Shown piece by piece: positions 17,536 to 27,694 of a stretch of 36,440 nt of DNA; position 1 is the stretch's first letter; each line of letters starts with the position of its first letter. This DNA comes from a virus (Duplodnaviria > Caudoviricetes), in IMG/VR virus record IMGVR_UViG_3300038797_000043, positions 1-36,440 of that record; one strand, 5' to 3'. The notes below the pieces were generated by a model. The model worked only from the letters and a program-made list of their open reading frames with translations. It ran no database searches and was not told the origin of the DNA. A program made the translations under genes and the position numbers.

Positions 17536-17554
17536 GGCGAGGTGGGGGGACGAC
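17536..17554 (+). other. cos-like cohesive end site
   Basis: GGCGAGGTGGGGGGACGAC followed by GGCGCGC resembles P2 cos (GGCGAGGCGGGGAAAGCAC-TGCGCGC); expected position before the portal gene. Confidence 0.68.
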
Positions 17555-17821
17555 GGCGCGCGCCAAGTCAGCATTGTGAGCAAGCTTTCGATGGGCGCAC
17601 CAAATAAGCGCACAATCTCGACACTGGCGCTGCATTACTAATACAAGCGACTGCACATTTCGAATAGATAACAATTGATCAGAGAGGGTAGCGACAGAAG
17701 TGCTATACCGTATAGGCGAGGATTATCTAAAGCGAAAGCTGAAGAATATATCTTGCTGAATCGCTTCAACTAAATTCGAACGTTGCCAACATCACACAAC
17801 TACAAAAGAAAGGGACGTCCA

Positions 17822-20104
17822 ATGATTACGTCAATAGCAAAACTTGAAAACTTTGGAATATTTGGTAGCTACGCGAAACCAGCCACCCTTGAAGACTTTG
17901 CCCAGTACAACCTAATCTATGGTTGGAATGGTAGTGGAAAGTCAACACTCTCGAAGATATTTGAATGCATAGCGAAAGGACAAATCATTGAGGATTTCCC
18001 AGATGGAATACTGACCATAAATACAGCCTCAGGCATTATAAACAATCGCAATTTAGCATCCAGACCTATTGATCTTTGCGTATTCAACTCAAACTTCATA
18101 AAAGAAAACATCAACTGGGATAGCATCGTCAAAAGCATCCTGCTGATATCGCAGGACAAAATTGAAGAAAAGAAACAACTTAAAGAAAAACAGGACAACC
18201 TGAAAGAAAAAGAAAAAGAACTTAAAGAAATGTCAGACGCGCAGAGCAATCTATTAGAAACCAATCAAAACATACTAAGCGCAATAGCAAAAAGCATTAA
18301 AAGCAGATTTCAAATACTCGACAGCTCCGACAACTATTTCGTAAGTTACAACCGCGTAAAGGTACAGACAAAAATAAGTACCCACTTAGAAGATCTAAAG
18401 ATTGGCACTTATCTTTTATCCCCCGACGCATTTGAAACAAACCAGAAAGCAACATCCCCGAAGTTCAAACCCGCTATAACCCACTCCCTCAACAGAATAA
18501 AACACGACACCTACTCGCAACTTGCCAACCAGCTCAACTCTTTATTTAAAGAAACTGTCACATCATCCAAGATAACTCACTTACTTGAAAACCCACCTAT
18601 CCAAAAATGGGTAGAACAGGGACTTCAAATACATGAAGGGTTAGATAAGTGTGAATTTTGTGAAAACGATCTGTCTTCGGAACGCTTAGAGACTCTTAAC
18701 AAGCACTTTAGCGAAGCATTCAAAACCTTCAAGAACAAGCTAGAAGGCGCGCATGCGCTAATCGACACACTAGTTCTTTATAAAGCTCCTCACGTCCCCC
18801 AGGTGGATCTTTACGAGGAATATTACGCAAATCTTCCGAAACAAGAGAAAGAGCTTGATCACATAACCGACACTATCAATGAACGACTCAAAAACTGGAA
18901 GGTCGCGCTTGATGAAAAAATTGACAACCCATTTATAGATACAGGTACTGCGATTGAGCTTCCGCCCTCTCTCTTTCATGACCATGAGGAGGTATGCGAG
19001 CAAATTGAAAAAATAGTTTCGCTACATAACGAGAAAGCAATTAACTTTCAAAATCAAATAAGCAGTGCCAAGTCATCATTAGAGCTTCACTTCCTAACCG
19101 AAGAATTGAACGACTGTGACTTTATAAAAAATCAACAGCTACATGAGTCACATAAACAACCTGTGATCGATCTGCAAAAGACAGTCAATGATATATCCGA
19201 TGAGATTGTTGAACTTGAGAAGAAGCTTAACAATGAAAGCATCGGTGCAGAAGAGTTTAATAAATTACTTCACAAGTTCCTAGGCAGAAATCAAATCTCA
19301 TTGAAATTCGACAAAGTCCGCAAGGGTTATCAAATACTGAGAGCGCCAGAAAACACTCCTGCAAAAAATTTGAGCGAAGGCGAAAAAAACGCTATCGGGC
19401 TTATATACTTCCTGACAAAGCTATCGGAAAATGAAAGAGACCTATCAAAATCTGTCGTGGTTTTTGACGATCCGGTCTCTAGCTTCGACTCTAACAATTT
19501 GTTCAATGCTCATTCCTTCCTCAGGAATCACTGCCAAACTGCGCAGCAGCTTTTCATCCTTACTCACAGCTTTAACTATTTCAAACTAGTACGTGACTGG
19601 CTAGCGGGGAAAAATGACAAAAAGGATGAAAACAAGAACCCGATTATACGTGCTCGATTCTATAATATTGAGGCGTCCCCAACTGCTTTGAGAACGTCCA
19701 CAATCAATAACGCGCCCAAAAGCTTGACCGGCTTCAACTCCGAGTACCACTTCCTTTACTCAACACTCAAGCAATATGTTGACCAGGAAACACTTGCGCT
19801 CGAAACAGCATTTGCCGTTGCCAACATGTCACGAAAACTATTAGAAGCCTTTCTTACATTCAAATATCCCCACGGGCGCGGGAACTTTAGAGGACTAATG
19901 GATCAAGCCATTACAGATGAAGTCACATGCGAAAGAATCTATCGATTCATCAATAAATACTCTCACAATCAAATAATTGAATTCGACGACAGCACCGCAG
20001 ACAACATAGCGTCAGAATCGGAATATATTGTTAGAGATATTTTCAAGGAAATTGAGCGACTAGATAAAAGTCACTATGAAGGGATGACAAAAGCCTTAGC
20101 CTGA
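17822..20104 (+). CDS. rloC: RloC-like (AAA_13) ABC-ATPase with zinc hook and C-terminal HEPN; putative anticodon nuclease / defence protein
   Basis: GWNGSGKS, coiled coil with CEFC, LSEGEK, VVFDDPVSSFD, LTH, then NMSRKLLEAF and RFINKYSH; AT-rich. Confidence 0.78.
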   Translation: MITSIAKLENFGIFGSYAKPATLEDFAQYNLIYGWNGSGKSTLSKIFECIAKGQIIEDFPDGILTINTASGIINNRNLASRPIDLCVFNSNFIKENINWDSIVKSILLISQDKIEEKKQLKEKQDNLKEKEKELKEMSDAQSNLLETNQNILSAIAKSIKSRFQILDSSDNYFVSYNRVKVQTKISTHLEDLKIGTYLLSPDAFETNQKATSPKFKPAITHSLNRIKHDTYSQLANQLNSLFKETVTSSKITHLLENPPIQKWVEQGLQIHEGLDKCEFCENDLSSERLETLNKHFSEAFKTFKNKLEGAHALIDTLVLYKAPHVPQVDLYEEYYANLPKQEKELDHITDTINERLKNWKVALDEKIDNPFIDTGTAIELPPSLFHDHEEVCEQIEKIVSLHNEKAINFQNQISSAKSSLELHFLTEELNDCDFIKNQQLHESHKQPVIDLQKTVNDISDEIVELEKKLNNESIGAEEFNKLLHKFLGRNQISLKFDKVRKGYQILRAPENTPAKNLSEGEKNAIGLIYFLTKLSENERDLSKSVVVFDDPVSSFDSNNLFNAHSFLRNHCQTAQQLFILTHSFNYFKLVRDWLAGKNDKKDENKNPIIRARFYNIEASPTALRTSTINNAPKSLTGFNSEYHFLYSTLKQYVDQETLALETAFAVANMSRKLLEAFLTFKYPHGRGNFRGLMDQAITDEVTCERIYRFINKYSHNQIIEFDDSTADNIASESEYIVRDIFKEIERLDKSHYEGMTKALA

Positions 20105-20112
20105 GTATAGAT

Positions 20113-20140
20113 ACGGTTGCGGCCTCGCAGCCGCAGCCGT
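20113..20140. terminator. Hairpin between convergent RloC-like and portal genes
   Basis: ACGGTTGCGGC-CTCGCA-GCCGCAGCCGT; weak U tract. Confidence 0.45.
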
Positions 20141-20158
20141 TCTAGTCCGCGAGCTAAA

Positions 20159-21181
20159 TCAGATTCCTATTCCTATTTCATATTTTTCAAACTTGATTAC
20201 CTCCTCCCCTATCCAATTGTTCAACTGCGTCATCCTCGCCTGAATGGGCTCCAGCTCATTAGCTGCATAAATCTGCGCAGCCTCCCGAATCGACCCGAAC
20301 CCACCCGCGTTTTGCGGCACAATCCCCATCAACTGCGGCGGAATTCGCAGGCTCGCCAACACGTCATCCCGCGTCTGATTCTTGATCGAGTTGAATTCAT
20401 CCTTCGCCGCCACTTCGCTGACCGGGATCAGTTGAATCCCGTCCTTCTTGCCGGTCGGCGAGTAAACGAACAAATTCCGGAAATTGCCTGGCCCTTTGGA
20501 TTCCTTCAGTGCCTTGCGCAACGCATCAATGTCCGCCTCGGTCTGCGCCGCATCTGTCATGTACAAAATGAACCCCGCATGACTGCCGTTCTCATAGTAC
20601 TTGCGCCGAAAGAGCGTCGCCGACTCGTTCAACAACGCCGACTGCAAAGCGCTGATCCACTCCGGCAACCCATAAATCTCTTGGTGCAGATCCGCCTCGC
20701 GCAGGTGAAAAATACTGTCCGGTTCAAAGGCGTGTTCATCCTTCCACCCCCGCACCTGGTAAAACCGCCCATCCGGCCCAGCGCGCATGTACTTGGCCAA
20801 CGGCGTCTCCAGCTTGCGCACCCCGCCCAACCGCGAACGACGCCCCTCAAGGTACCCATTGCCCAGGCATAGGAAGTCCAGCGCAAACTGCTCAAACGAA
20901 GCCCGCGACAACAGCGGATGCGGGATAAACGTCTTGCTCAACAGGTTGCGCTTGAACATCAACCCAGAATGCAGATGCACACTCGCCCCCACCGACCGAG
21001 CCAGCCCATCCAGCGAAAGCGGCGGCTCATACCACCGCCCGTTGAACCAGCACTCCAGGTAATCGAAAACCTCCCGACCACCCAGCACCGGCGTCGGCTC
21101 GCCGAAGGAAAACACCTGAGTCCCGGCGCCTGTAGTGGGTGTGGTCGCGGGCAAAGTGGGGTTGGCCATTTGTTCGGTCAT
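20159..21181 (-). CDS. Q: Portal protein (PBSX family)
   Basis: WYEPPLS, QEIYGLPEW, FRRKYYENGSHAGFI, NAGGFG. Confidence 0.96.
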   Translation of the reverse strand: MTEQMANPTLPATTPTTGAGTQVFSFGEPTPVLGGREVFDYLECWFNGRWYEPPLSLDGLARSVGASVHLHSGLMFKRNLLSKTFIPHPLLSRASFEQFALDFLCLGNGYLEGRRSRLGGVRKLETPLAKYMRAGPDGRFYQVRGWKDEHAFEPDSIFHLREADLHQEIYGLPEWISALQSALLNESATLFRRKYYENGSHAGFILYMTDAAQTEADIDALRKALKESKGPGNFRNLFVYSPTGKKDGIQLIPVSEVAAKDEFNSIKNQTRDDVLASLRIPPQLMGIVPQNAGGFGSIREAAQIYAANELEPIQARMTQLNNWIGEEVIKFEKYEIGIGI

Positions 21182-22938
21182 CAGTAAATCTCCATGCGCC
21201 CGGTGTTGGCAGTGGTCTGCCCCTCAAGCGGTTCGTGGTGCAATGCGTGAAAGAGCGCCCAGGCCAGGTCGGCGTGGCCGGTGTTGTCGTTGCGGCCGGC
21301 GGTGTAGGTGTACTGGCGTCCGCCGGCGGTGACGGTTTTGCGGATCGCCATCAGCGACTGGGCCATGTCGGTCCAGCCAGCATCGAATTCGAGCCGGCCC
21401 TTGTGGATCACGTCGTAGGCCTTGAGTACCAGGCGGGTTTTGACTTCGGGCGAGTAGCTGAAAGTAGTGACCGCAGGGAAGAACTGGCGCACCAGCTGAG
21501 CCACGCCGCTGCCCAGGCCGGTGACGTCGATGCCGATGTAGGTCACCCAGTAGCGGTCGCAGACGCTCTTGATAAATGCGGCCTGCGCGGCGAAGTCCAT
21601 ACCGCGGAACTGGTGGCGTTCCAGGATCCGGAACTTGCCACCCGGTACCAGTGGCGGCGCGACCACGACCAGGCCGGAACAGTCGCCCGTCTCGGCGGGG
21701 TCATAACCGATCCACACCTGACGGTCGCCGAACGGCCGCATGGCGAAGGGCTTGTAGTCCTCGGCCCACTCGACCCAACTGTCCACCATGCACGACTGCA
21801 ACAGGGTCAGCGGAAAGATGCTCGCGCCGTCGTCGACGAACTCACACATCAGCAGGTTGGCGAACGCCTCGGGGCTGTATTCGCGGCGTAGCTCTTCGAT
21901 GTCGAACAGGTCGCAACCGCCCCGCTCCGCGTCGAGGATCGTGACGATCTGCCGCCACAACCGATCCTCACAGAATCGGCCCTGCTGGAGCGCGCCGTGG
22001 GACACGTCCACCTTCGTATGCTGCGCGGCGGGCTTACCCTTGTTGAAACGCTCCCCGGTCCAGAACGTGTACGCCTCATGGGCCATGCTCGACGGCGTGG
22101 AAAAGTAGGTCTTGCGCCACTTCTTGTGCATCGCCATACCGGAGGCGACTTTGTTCAGCTCCTCGAACTTGAACGTCCAGAAGAATTCATCGAAGTAGAA
22201 ATTGCCGTGGTAGCCTTGGGCGGTTCGGGCGTTCGTACCGAGGAAAAACAGCTCGGCGCCGTTGGGCAAAACGATGGGATCGCCAGTCAGCTCGACGCCG
22301 ATAATCTCGCGGCAGAACGCCTGAATGTAGCCCCGGAACAGGTAGGCCTGGTTCTTCGAAGCCGACAGGAAAATCTGGTTGCGCCCGGTGTCGAGCGCAT
22401 CAATGAACGCCTCACGGGCGAAGTAGTAAGTCGCCCCGATCTGCCGGCTCTTGAGGATGACGCGAGTGCGCTGATTGCCGGCGCGGTACCAGTCCTTCTG
22501 GTAGTCGAAACAGCCATCAATGAAGGCCTCACGCAGCAGCTCGATCTGGTCTTCGTCAATCTCGTTCTTGACCGCCTTTTTCTTCGGCTCGGCGTTGCGT
22601 TTCGCAAGATTCGGGTTGAGATCGGTTTCGGTACCGCCACCCTGAAAGCGCTGGATGCGTGCCTGCCGCTCCAACTGCCGGTGCAGCAAATCAATCTCTT
22701 TGAAGTCGCCGCCGCTTTTCCCCTCCTTGAGGATCAGTTGCACTAGCCGCGCTTCCAATGCCCCACCGATACGCTCGACGTTGTCGGCCCGGTCCCACTC
22801 ATCGCGGGCCTTCCAGCTGTGTAGCGTTTTTTCCTTTTCGCCCGTAGCCTCGGCAATCTCGCAGATGCGCCAACCCATCCAGTAGAGAAACTTGGATTGG
22901 CGGCGGGGGTCGATAGGCAGCAGTGCGGTCGTAGTCAT
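21181..22938 (-). CDS. P: Terminase ATPase (large) subunit
   Basis: LKSRQIGAT, YFDEFFW, IGYDPA, GHADLAWA. Confidence 0.97.
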   Translation of the reverse strand: MTTTALLPIDPRRQSKFLYWMGWRICEIAEATGEKEKTLHSWKARDEWDRADNVERIGGALEARLVQLILKEGKSGGDFKEIDLLHRQLERQARIQRFQGGGTETDLNPNLAKRNAEPKKKAVKNEIDEDQIELLREAFIDGCFDYQKDWYRAGNQRTRVILKSRQIGATYYFAREAFIDALDTGRNQIFLSASKNQAYLFRGYIQAFCREIIGVELTGDPIVLPNGAELFFLGTNARTAQGYHGNFYFDEFFWTFKFEELNKVASGMAMHKKWRKTYFSTPSSMAHEAYTFWTGERFNKGKPAAQHTKVDVSHGALQQGRFCEDRLWRQIVTILDAERGGCDLFDIEELRREYSPEAFANLLMCEFVDDGASIFPLTLLQSCMVDSWVEWAEDYKPFAMRPFGDRQVWIGYDPAETGDCSGLVVVAPPLVPGGKFRILERHQFRGMDFAAQAAFIKSVCDRYWVTYIGIDVTGLGSGVAQLVRQFFPAVTTFSYSPEVKTRLVLKAYDVIHKGRLEFDAGWTDMAQSLMAIRKTVTAGGRQYTYTAGRNDNTGHADLAWALFHALHHEPLEGQTTANTGRMEIY

Positions 22939-22985
22939 GGCCGCGATGCTGCCGCCCGCGCCCGCGACTCAATAGCGCTGCCGCT

Positions 22986-23004
22986 TGTACCGTCCTGCTC
23001 TACA
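22986..23004. promoter_or_regulatory. Ogr-type late activator site between P and O
   Basis: TGTA-N11-TACA, repeated before V and FI. Confidence 0.75.
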
Positions 23005-23107
23005 GTCCTGCCTCATTGCCGCAACTCGCGCGCGTCACGACCATGCCCTTCATCGCAACGCACTGCTCACCCAACAGCAGGCGCCCCAAGCAATGAGGAT
23101 TCCCGGC

Positions 23108-23938
23108 ATGAAGAAGTTTCGCAGCAACTGGTTCCGCGTCGCCGTCGAGGGCGCTACCTCGGACAAGCGCATCATCAAACGTACCTGGCTGGAACAGGCT
23201 GCGAAGAACTTCAACCCGTCCACCTACGGCGCCCGCATTTGGCTGGAGCATTACCGTAGCGTGATGCCGGACAGCCCATTCAAGGCCTACGGCGACGTGC
23301 TGGCTGTGAAGACCGAAGAAGTGGACATCAACGGGCAGAAGAAACTGGCGCTGTTCGCCCAGGTTGAGCCGACGTCCGATCTGATCGCCATGAACAAGGC
23401 GAAGCAGAAGATTTACACCTCCATCGAAATCGACGACAGCTTTGCCGATACCGGCGAGGCGTACATCGTCGGGCTTGCGGTAACCGACTCCCCGGCCAGT
23501 CTCGGCACCGATGTTCTGGCGTTCTCCGCGCAGAAGCCAGACGCCAACCCGTTCAAGGATCGCCACTATTCCGCGACCTCAATGTTCACCGAAGCGCTGG
23601 AAACCGAGCTGACCTTTGAAGAAATCGAAGACAAACCAAGCCTCGGCGCTCAGCTGTTCAGCAAGGTGCAAATCCTGCTCGGAGGCAAACAGGCCAAGGA
23701 TGACGCCGAGTTCTCGCAGATCAGCCAAGCCGTCGAGGCCGTCGCCGAGCACGTCAAGGACCTGCCGGACCAACTGACCGCCGAGAAGAAATTCTCCGCA
23801 GGCCTGAGTACCCGACTGGATCAATTGAGCAAGGACTTCATCGAGTTGAAGACCAAGCTCTCCACCACCCAAGACCACAACCAAAAGACGCGCCCTCCGA
23901 TTACCGGCGGCGATAACTCGGTCGTGACCGACTGCTGA
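23108..23938 (+). CDS. O: Capsid scaffolding protein/protease
   Basis: WFRVAVEGATSDKR, IWLEH, GLAVTDSPASLGT; start could be 23093. Confidence 0.94.
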   Translation: MKKFRSNWFRVAVEGATSDKRIIKRTWLEQAAKNFNPSTYGARIWLEHYRSVMPDSPFKAYGDVLAVKTEEVDINGQKKLALFAQVEPTSDLIAMNKAKQKIYTSIEIDDSFADTGEAYIVGLAVTDSPASLGTDVLAFSAQKPDANPFKDRHYSATSMFTEALETELTFEEIEDKPSLGAQLFSKVQILLGGKQAKDDAEFSQISQAVEAVAEHVKDLPDQLTAEKKFSAGLSTRLDQLSKDFIELKTKLSTTQDHNQKTRPPITGGDNSVVTDC

Positions 23939-23981
23939 CAGTCAGCCCCACCAAAGCCCCGAAAAACGAAGGACGATCACC

Positions 23982-24989
23982 ATGCGTAACGACACACGAG
24001 TTCTGTTCAACGCTTACCTGCAACAGCTTGCTCAGCTGCACGGCGTGAGCGACGTCACCACTAAATTCACCGCCGCACCGAGCGTTGCCCAGACGTTGGA
24101 AACCCGCATTCAGGAATCCAGCTCATTCCTCAGCTCGATCAACATCTACGGCGTGTCCGAGCAGTCCGGTGAGAAGATCGGCATTGGTATCGACGGCACC
24201 ATTGCCAGTACCACCGACACCACCGTGAAGGATCGCGAACCCCGTGACCCGAGCAGCCTGGACAATCGCGGGTACACCTGCACGCAAACCAACTTCGACA
24301 CCGGCCTGCGTTACCAGAAGCTGGATCAGTGGGCGAAGTTCAAAGACTTCCAGGCGCGTATCCGCGACGCGATCATCAAAGCCCAGGCACTCAACCGGAT
24401 CATGATCGGTTGGAACGGCACCAGCCGTGCTGCCACGTCCAACCCGGCCACCAACCCGCTGTTGCAGGACGTGAATATCGGCTGGTTGCAAAAAATGCGC
24501 ACCGAAAACGAAGCCCGCGTTATGGCCGAGGTAGCGGCTGGCAGCGGCAAGATCGAAATCGGCGCCGGCAAGGACTTCGAAAACATCGACGCACTGGTTG
24601 TCAGTATGGTCAACGAGTTCATCGATCCCTGGTATCAAGAAGACACCGATCTGGTGGTCATCTGCGGCCGTCAGCTGTTGGCAGACAAATACTTCCCGAT
24701 CATCAACAAGACTCAGGCGCCGACTGAAATGCTGGCCGCTGACATCATCACCAGCCAAAAGCGTCTGGGCAATCTGCCTGCCGTGCGCGTGCCGCACTTC
24801 CCGCCCAACGGCCTGCTGGTGACTCGCCTCGACAACCTGTCGATCTACTGGCAGGAAGGCACCCGCCGCCGCACCGTCGTCGACAACGCCAAACGCGATC
24901 GCATCGAGAACTTCGAATCGGTCAACGAAAGCTATGTGATCGAAGACCTTGGCTGTGCAGCCATGGCCGAAAACATCACCCTGGTTTGA
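23982..24989 (+). CDS. N: Major capsid protein
   Basis: MRNDTR..FNAY, IMIGWNG, LQDVNIGWLQK, LDNLSIYWQ. Confidence 0.97.
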   Translation: MRNDTRVLFNAYLQQLAQLHGVSDVTTKFTAAPSVAQTLETRIQESSSFLSSINIYGVSEQSGEKIGIGIDGTIASTTDTTVKDREPRDPSSLDNRGYTCTQTNFDTGLRYQKLDQWAKFKDFQARIRDAIIKAQALNRIMIGWNGTSRAATSNPATNPLLQDVNIGWLQKMRTENEARVMAEVAAGSGKIEIGAGKDFENIDALVVSMVNEFIDPWYQEDTDLVVICGRQLLADKYFPIINKTQAPTEMLAADIITSQKRLGNLPAVRVPHFPPNGLLVTRLDNLSIYWQEGTRRRTVVDNAKRDRIENFESVNESYVIEDLGCAAMAENITLV

Positions 24990-25000
24990 GAACGACGACC

Positions 25001-25699
25001 ATGACCAACCCTTGCCGTCGTCATTTTCAACGCGTTACTGCCGCCAAGGAGGCGGCAGCCGTTGAACCCACCCAAACCATGGCCGGCGCCACGGCTTACG
25101 AACATCAGCTCAACCAGTTGCTGCAAGATCGACTGCGTCTGAAACAGGTGCAATCGAACCAAGGCAAGGCCGAACTCAAACGTCAGCTCCTGCCCGAATA
25201 CATCCCTTACGTGCAGGGCGTGCTGGACGCCGGCCAAGGTGCCCAGGACGAAGTGCTGACCACCATCATGGTCTGGCGCTTCGATGCCGGCGACTTCACC
25301 GGTGGCCTCGACATTGCCCAGTACGTGCTGCAACACAAAATGGTCATGCCGGACCGCTTCGAACGCACCACCGGCTGTCTCGTCGCCGAAGAAGTCGCGA
25401 CCGCCGCGTTCAAGGCGCAGAAGGTCGGCGAGCCGTTCGACCTGGCCGTCCTGCACCGCACCGCCGAACTGACCGACGCCGAAGACATGCCCGACCAGGC
25501 ACGCGCCAAGCTGTTCCTCGCCATGGGGCGCGCAACACTCGAAGGCATCACCGACGAAAAGCCCGGCCAACCGGGTCAGGTGCAAGCCGGCATCGACTTG
25601 CTGAAAAAAGCCATCGACCTGCACGACGCCTGCGGTGGCAAAAAGGATCTGGAGCGCGCCGAACGCCTGCTCAACAAACTCGCTGCCGCTGGCAGCTAA
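25001..25699 (+). CDS. M: Terminase small subunit gpM
   Basis: LKQVQS...KAELKRQLLPEY..YV.GVL, CGGKKDLER. Confidence 0.93.
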   Translation: MTNPCRRHFQRVTAAKEAAAVEPTQTMAGATAYEHQLNQLLQDRLRLKQVQSNQGKAELKRQLLPEYIPYVQGVLDAGQGAQDEVLTTIMVWRFDAGDFTGGLDIAQYVLQHKMVMPDRFERTTGCLVAEEVATAAFKAQKVGEPFDLAVLHRTAELTDAEDMPDQARAKLFLAMGRATLEGITDEKPGQPGQVQAGIDLLKKAIDLHDACGGKKDLERAERLLNKLAAAGS

Positions 25700-25803
25700 C
25701 CGAGCGTCCCCACGCACCCCGCCGGCTCGGGGCGGATCGGCCAGGCCGCTCCTCCTGAACGTGAAGCCCCGACCACCGGCGACCTACAACAGAGCGCAGA
25801 TTC

Positions 25804-26274
25804 ATGAGCGGATTCGTAGCGGGCGGCACCGGTGCCCCGACCCCGAGTGGCCACATCAACACCGACCCCTTCTGGCCATCGATCGACCTCGACGATGTGC
25901 GCGGCACTTTGCGCATCGATTCCAGCGTCACGCCGATCCGCCTGGAAACCGCGACCATCGCCGCCGCCATCAGCGTAAACCGCGAGTTCGCCACCTGGCG
26001 CCGCGCCAAACAGGCCGAAGGCTACACCACCCTCGCGGACGTACCGGCCGAGCAGATCGAGGACAAATCTGAACTCGTTCATCTCTACCAACGGGCGATC
26101 TACGCCGCGACCGGTGCGGAGATCTGCGAGCGTTACCGCTCCTACGACAGCACCAACAGCGGCAACCAGAATGCCGAAGAGCTGACCCCGAGCATCGACG
26201 AACTGCGCCGCGACCAGCGCTGGGCCGTGCGCGACTTCCTCGGCCTCGGCCGCACCACCGTGGAGTTGATCTGA
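25804..26274 (+). CDS. L: Head completion protein
   Basis: FWPSIDL...RWAVRDFLG.GRTTVELI. Confidence 0.92.
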   Translation: MSGFVAGGTGAPTPSGHINTDPFWPSIDLDDVRGTLRIDSSVTPIRLETATIAAAISVNREFATWRRAKQAEGYTTLADVPAEQIEDKSELVHLYQRAIYAATGAEICERYRSYDSTNSGNQNAEELTPSIDELRRDQRWAVRDFLGLGRTTVELI

Positions 26275-26486
26275 TGGCCGTCAGCATCCGCGCCCAGCAA
26301 AACGACACCGTCGATGCCCTGTGCTGGCGTCACTACGGCCGCACCGCCGGTGTCACCGAAGCAGTACTCGAAGCCAACCCCGGCCTTGCCGACCACGGCC
26401 CGACCTTGCCGCAAGGCCTCCTGGTGCAAATGCCAGAAGCCCAAGCCGCCGCCCCGCAACGGCAGATGGTGAACCTATGGGACTGA
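26274..26486 (+). CDS. X: Tail protein X (LysM-like)
   Basis: DTVDALCWRHYGRT.GVTEAVLEANPGL. Confidence 0.94.
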   Translation: MAVSIRAQQNDTVDALCWRHYGRTAGVTEAVLEANPGLADHGPTLPQGLLVQMPEAQAAAPQRQMVNLWD

Positions 26487-26531
26487 ACCGCCCGCACCGC
26501 GCCCTTGAACCCAACCACTCTGGATCATGGA

Positions 26532-26855
26532 ATGAAACGCATGCCTGACCGTCCCGACACCTGGGCCTGGCTCGCCGCCTGGCTCGAACAGAACTGGCCC
26601 GCCATTTACTCCGGCCTGCTGGCTGTGATCATTGCGAGCCTTCGCGTGATCTATGGCGGCGGCACCGTGCGCCGGATGGTGATCGAAGCTCCCCTTTGCG
26701 GCGCACTCGCTTTGTCCGCCAGTCACGGGCTGTCACTGCTGGGGATTCCAGCCTCGACTGCGCCGTTCTTCGGAGGCGTCATCGGGTTGCTCGGCGTCGA
26801 GGGCACTCGCGCTGCCGCCAAGAAGATTTTCAACCGCAAGGTAGAACAGCTATGA
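26532..26855 (+). CDS. Holin (lambda S-like), possible dual start MKRM
   Basis: Three hydrophobic segments, basic C-terminus, upstream of endolysin. Confidence 0.85.
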   Translation: MKRMPDRPDTWAWLAAWLEQNWPAIYSGLLAVIIASLRVIYGGGTVRRMVIEAPLCGALALSASHGLSLLGIPASTAPFFGGVIGLLGVEGTRAAAKKIFNRKVEQL

Positions 26856-27694
26856 CCACACTTCGCCACGGTGACCGCTCGCAAGCGGTGCACAATCTGC
26901 AAAAGAGCCTCAACCAACACGGCGCAAAACTGGACGTCGATGGCGATTATGGCGATGCCACGGAGAACGCAGTGCGCGCCTATCAACTCAAGGTTGGTTT
27001 GGTAGCCGATGGTGTCGCCGGCAACAAAACACTTGGCGCGCTTGCTGGCACCGACTGTCAGCAGTTGCTGAAGAACACCGACCTGGTCAACGCTGCCGAA
27101 CGCCTCGGCGTGCCGCTGGCCAGCGTCTACGCGGTCAATGAAGTCGAGTCGAAAGGCGCCGGCTTCCTCGACAACGGCAAACCGGTGATCCTGTTCGAAC
27201 GGCACATCATGTATCGCCAACTGGCGAAGGTTCGCCACGAAGGCGACGACCCCGCCGCGCTAAAACGCCACGCTGATCAGCTGGCTGCCACCAACCCAGC
27301 CATCGTCAATCCGAAATCCGGTGGCTACGCCGGCGGCAGCGCCGAACACCAGCGCCTGGCGACCGCTCGCTTGATCGACGACACCGCCGCATTGGAATCC
27401 GCATCGTGGGGCGCGTTCCAGATCATGGGCTTTCACTGGCAGCGATTGGGCTACAACAGCGTGCAGGACTTCGTCACCGCCATGAGCGCAGGGGAGTCGC
27501 AGCAGTTCGACGCGTTCGTCCGTTTCATCGAAACCGACCCGGTGCTGCACAAGGCGTTGAAGGGCCGTAAATGGGCCGAGTTCGCCAAGCGCTACAACGG
27601 ACCGGATTACCAGCGAAACCTGTACGACATCAAACTCCAGCGCGCCTACGAACGGCACGACGACTGCGGTTGTGGGCAGGCGGTGGCAGCATGA
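26852..27694 (+). CDS. Modular endolysin: peptidoglycan-binding domain + N-acetylmuramidase (DUF3380-like)
   Basis: DGDYGDATENAVRAYQ..GLVADG; VESKG, ILFERH, SWGAFQIMGF, YNGP. Confidence 0.93.
   Translation: MTTLRHGDRSQAVHNLQKSLNQHGAKLDVDGDYGDATENAVRAYQLKVGLVADGVAGNKTLGALAGTDCQQLLKNTDLVNAAERLGVPLASVYAVNEVESKGAGFLDNGKPVILFERHIMYRQLAKVRHEGDDPAALKRHADQLAATNPAIVNPKSGGYAGGSAEHQRLATARLIDDTAALESASWGAFQIMGFHWQRLGYNSVQDFVTAMSAGESQQFDAFVRFIETDPVLHKALKGRKWAEFAKRYNGPDYQRNLYDIKLQRAYERHDDCGCGQAVAA

Noticed and set aside
16738-17674. ORFs of 65-127 aa across the att-ori-cos region
   Set aside because: They run through iterons, att and cos with no RBS or protein-like features; the region is better explained as non-coding
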